From an uncultured Solirubrobacterales bacterium (GTDB taxonomy: Bacteria; Actinomycetota; Thermoleophilia; Solirubrobacterales; 70-9): a stretch of DNA of 64,000 nucleotides. The notes under the pieces are model-generated. The model was not told the DNA's origin, searched no databases, and worked only from the letters and a program-made list of their open reading frames with translations. The DNA lies in the NCBI GenBank assembly GCA_963695885.1, contig CAVOIH010000032.1:31188-95187 (forward strand), given 5' to 3'. Shown here one piece after another: positions 62,936-64,000 of this stretch (position 1 is the stretch's first letter; each line of letters opens with the position of its first letter). The position numbers and the translations under genes were made by a program.

Positions 62936-63661
62936 ATGGCCAACGGCTTCGCCAACAATGGCGCGTCCCTTTCCTGCCCGTTCGGCAAGTGCGACGGCGG
63001 CGGCTGGATCCTCGGCGAAGACAACCTCGCCTACGAGTGCGACTGCCGCGCGCCGCGCCTGGCCAAGGCCCGGAACGCCGGCATCAATTCAGTGATCCCG
63101 GCCCGGTACCGTGGCGTCTCATTCGACCGGCCACCGGTGACCGAGATCAACGAGGTCGTGGTCAACGCGGTCCGCGACTGGACCCACTCGATGCGGAAAA
63201 ACCTCGACGACGGCCTCGGCCTCTGGCTGATGGGCGACACCGGGACGGGCAAGACCACGCTGGCCATGCTGGTCTCCAAGGAGACGCTGAAGGCCGGCCA
63301 CTCGGTCGCGATCTACTCGATGCCGAAGCTGCTGGCCCGGATCCGCGCGACCTTCGATGCGGCCGAGGGCGAGGAGTCGTACGCCGAGTTCTTCGAGCGC
63401 CTTTGCGACGTCGACCTGCTCCACATCGACGACCTCGGGGCCGAGAAACAGACCGAGTGGGTGCTGGAACAGCTGTACGCCCTGATCAACGAGCGCTACG
63501 AGCGCAAGCGGCCGATCATCGTGACGACCAATCTCATGCAGCCCGACCTGGAAGTTCAGATCGGGCAGCGCACGGTCTCGCGGCTGGTCGAAATCTGTGG
63601 CGATCCGCTCTACCTGGAAGGCGAAGACGCCCGCTACAAGCCCCGTCTCCGCAATGAGTGA
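62936..63661 (+). CDS. DnaC/DnaI/IstB-like AAA+ ATPase with N-terminal Cys4 zinc ribbon (candidate helicase loader)
   Basis: 241 aa. CPFGKC...CDC, Walker A GDTGTGKTTLA, Walker B LLHIDDLG, sensor IIVTTN, RTVSRLVE. No IstA-type transposase is adjacent. Confidence 0.75.
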   Translation: MANGFANNGASLSCPFGKCDGGGWILGEDNLAYECDCRAPRLAKARNAGINSVIPARYRGVSFDRPPVTEINEVVVNAVRDWTHSMRKNLDDGLGLWLMGDTGTGKTTLAMLVSKETLKAGHSVAIYSMPKLLARIRATFDAAEGEESYAEFFERLCDVDLLHIDDLGAEKQTEWVLEQLYALINERYERKRPIIVTTNLMQPDLEVQIGQRTVSRLVEICGDPLYLEGEDARYKPRLRNE

Positions 63662-63717
63662 TCCGCCGGACGCCTTTGCGCCGACGGGACAGACTCCGCT
63701 CCGGTTGACCTCCGTAG

Positions 63718-64000
<283 letters not shown>

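Overview
High-GC (about 70% or more) chromosomal segment of an Actinomycetota-like bacterium. It is densely packed with housekeeping genes on both strands. Many long arginine/glycine-rich shadow ORFs in the six-frame track are artefacts of the GC content and were ignored. Recognisable content, left to right:
- FAD-linked oxidase and a benzoylformate-decarboxylase-like ThDP enzyme
- Aspartase/fumarase-family lyase
- Secreted metallophosphoesterase
- Two aldehyde dehydrogenases
- mce, rarA
- One co-directional ccmABCD-hemA-hemC-cobA/hemD operon
- birA
- A large orphan SF2 helicase
- nfeD-SPFH-galT-hypothetical-aeRF1-like cluster ending at tRNA-Arg(CCT)
- mntH, pyrE, a class A PBP, thiL, htrA, otsA
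- The ribosomal/replication cluster rpsF ... ssb-rpsR-rplI-dnaB, a DnaC/DnaI-like ATPase, and purA

The main finding is a roughly 10.5 kb low-GC element (about 49759-60188) inserted into the first codons of ssb. It splits rpsF from ssb-rpsR-rplI-dnaB.
- It is bracketed by an 18-nt imperfect direct repeat of the ssb start (15/18 identical), and it supplies the ribosome-binding site and start codon now used by ssb.
- It carries a four-gene overlapping module: two tyrosine recombinases, a DUF6262-like HTH/coiled-coil protein and a DUF3987-like P-loop protein. This resembles Tn554 tnpABC.
- It also carries a nested IS630 copy and partly decayed secreted-protein cargo.

Other observations:
- A three-copy structured hairpin repeat family at gene 3' ends that shows compensatory changes.
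- A two-copy 43-nt perfect palindrome.
- A DnaB N-terminus encoded upstream of any canonical start codon.
- A zinc-ribbon DnaC/DnaI-like loader candidate directly after dnaB.

No rRNA genes or CRISPR arrays were seen. Coordinates of repeats and hairpins were anchored to ORF-track coordinates but may be off by 1-2 nt.
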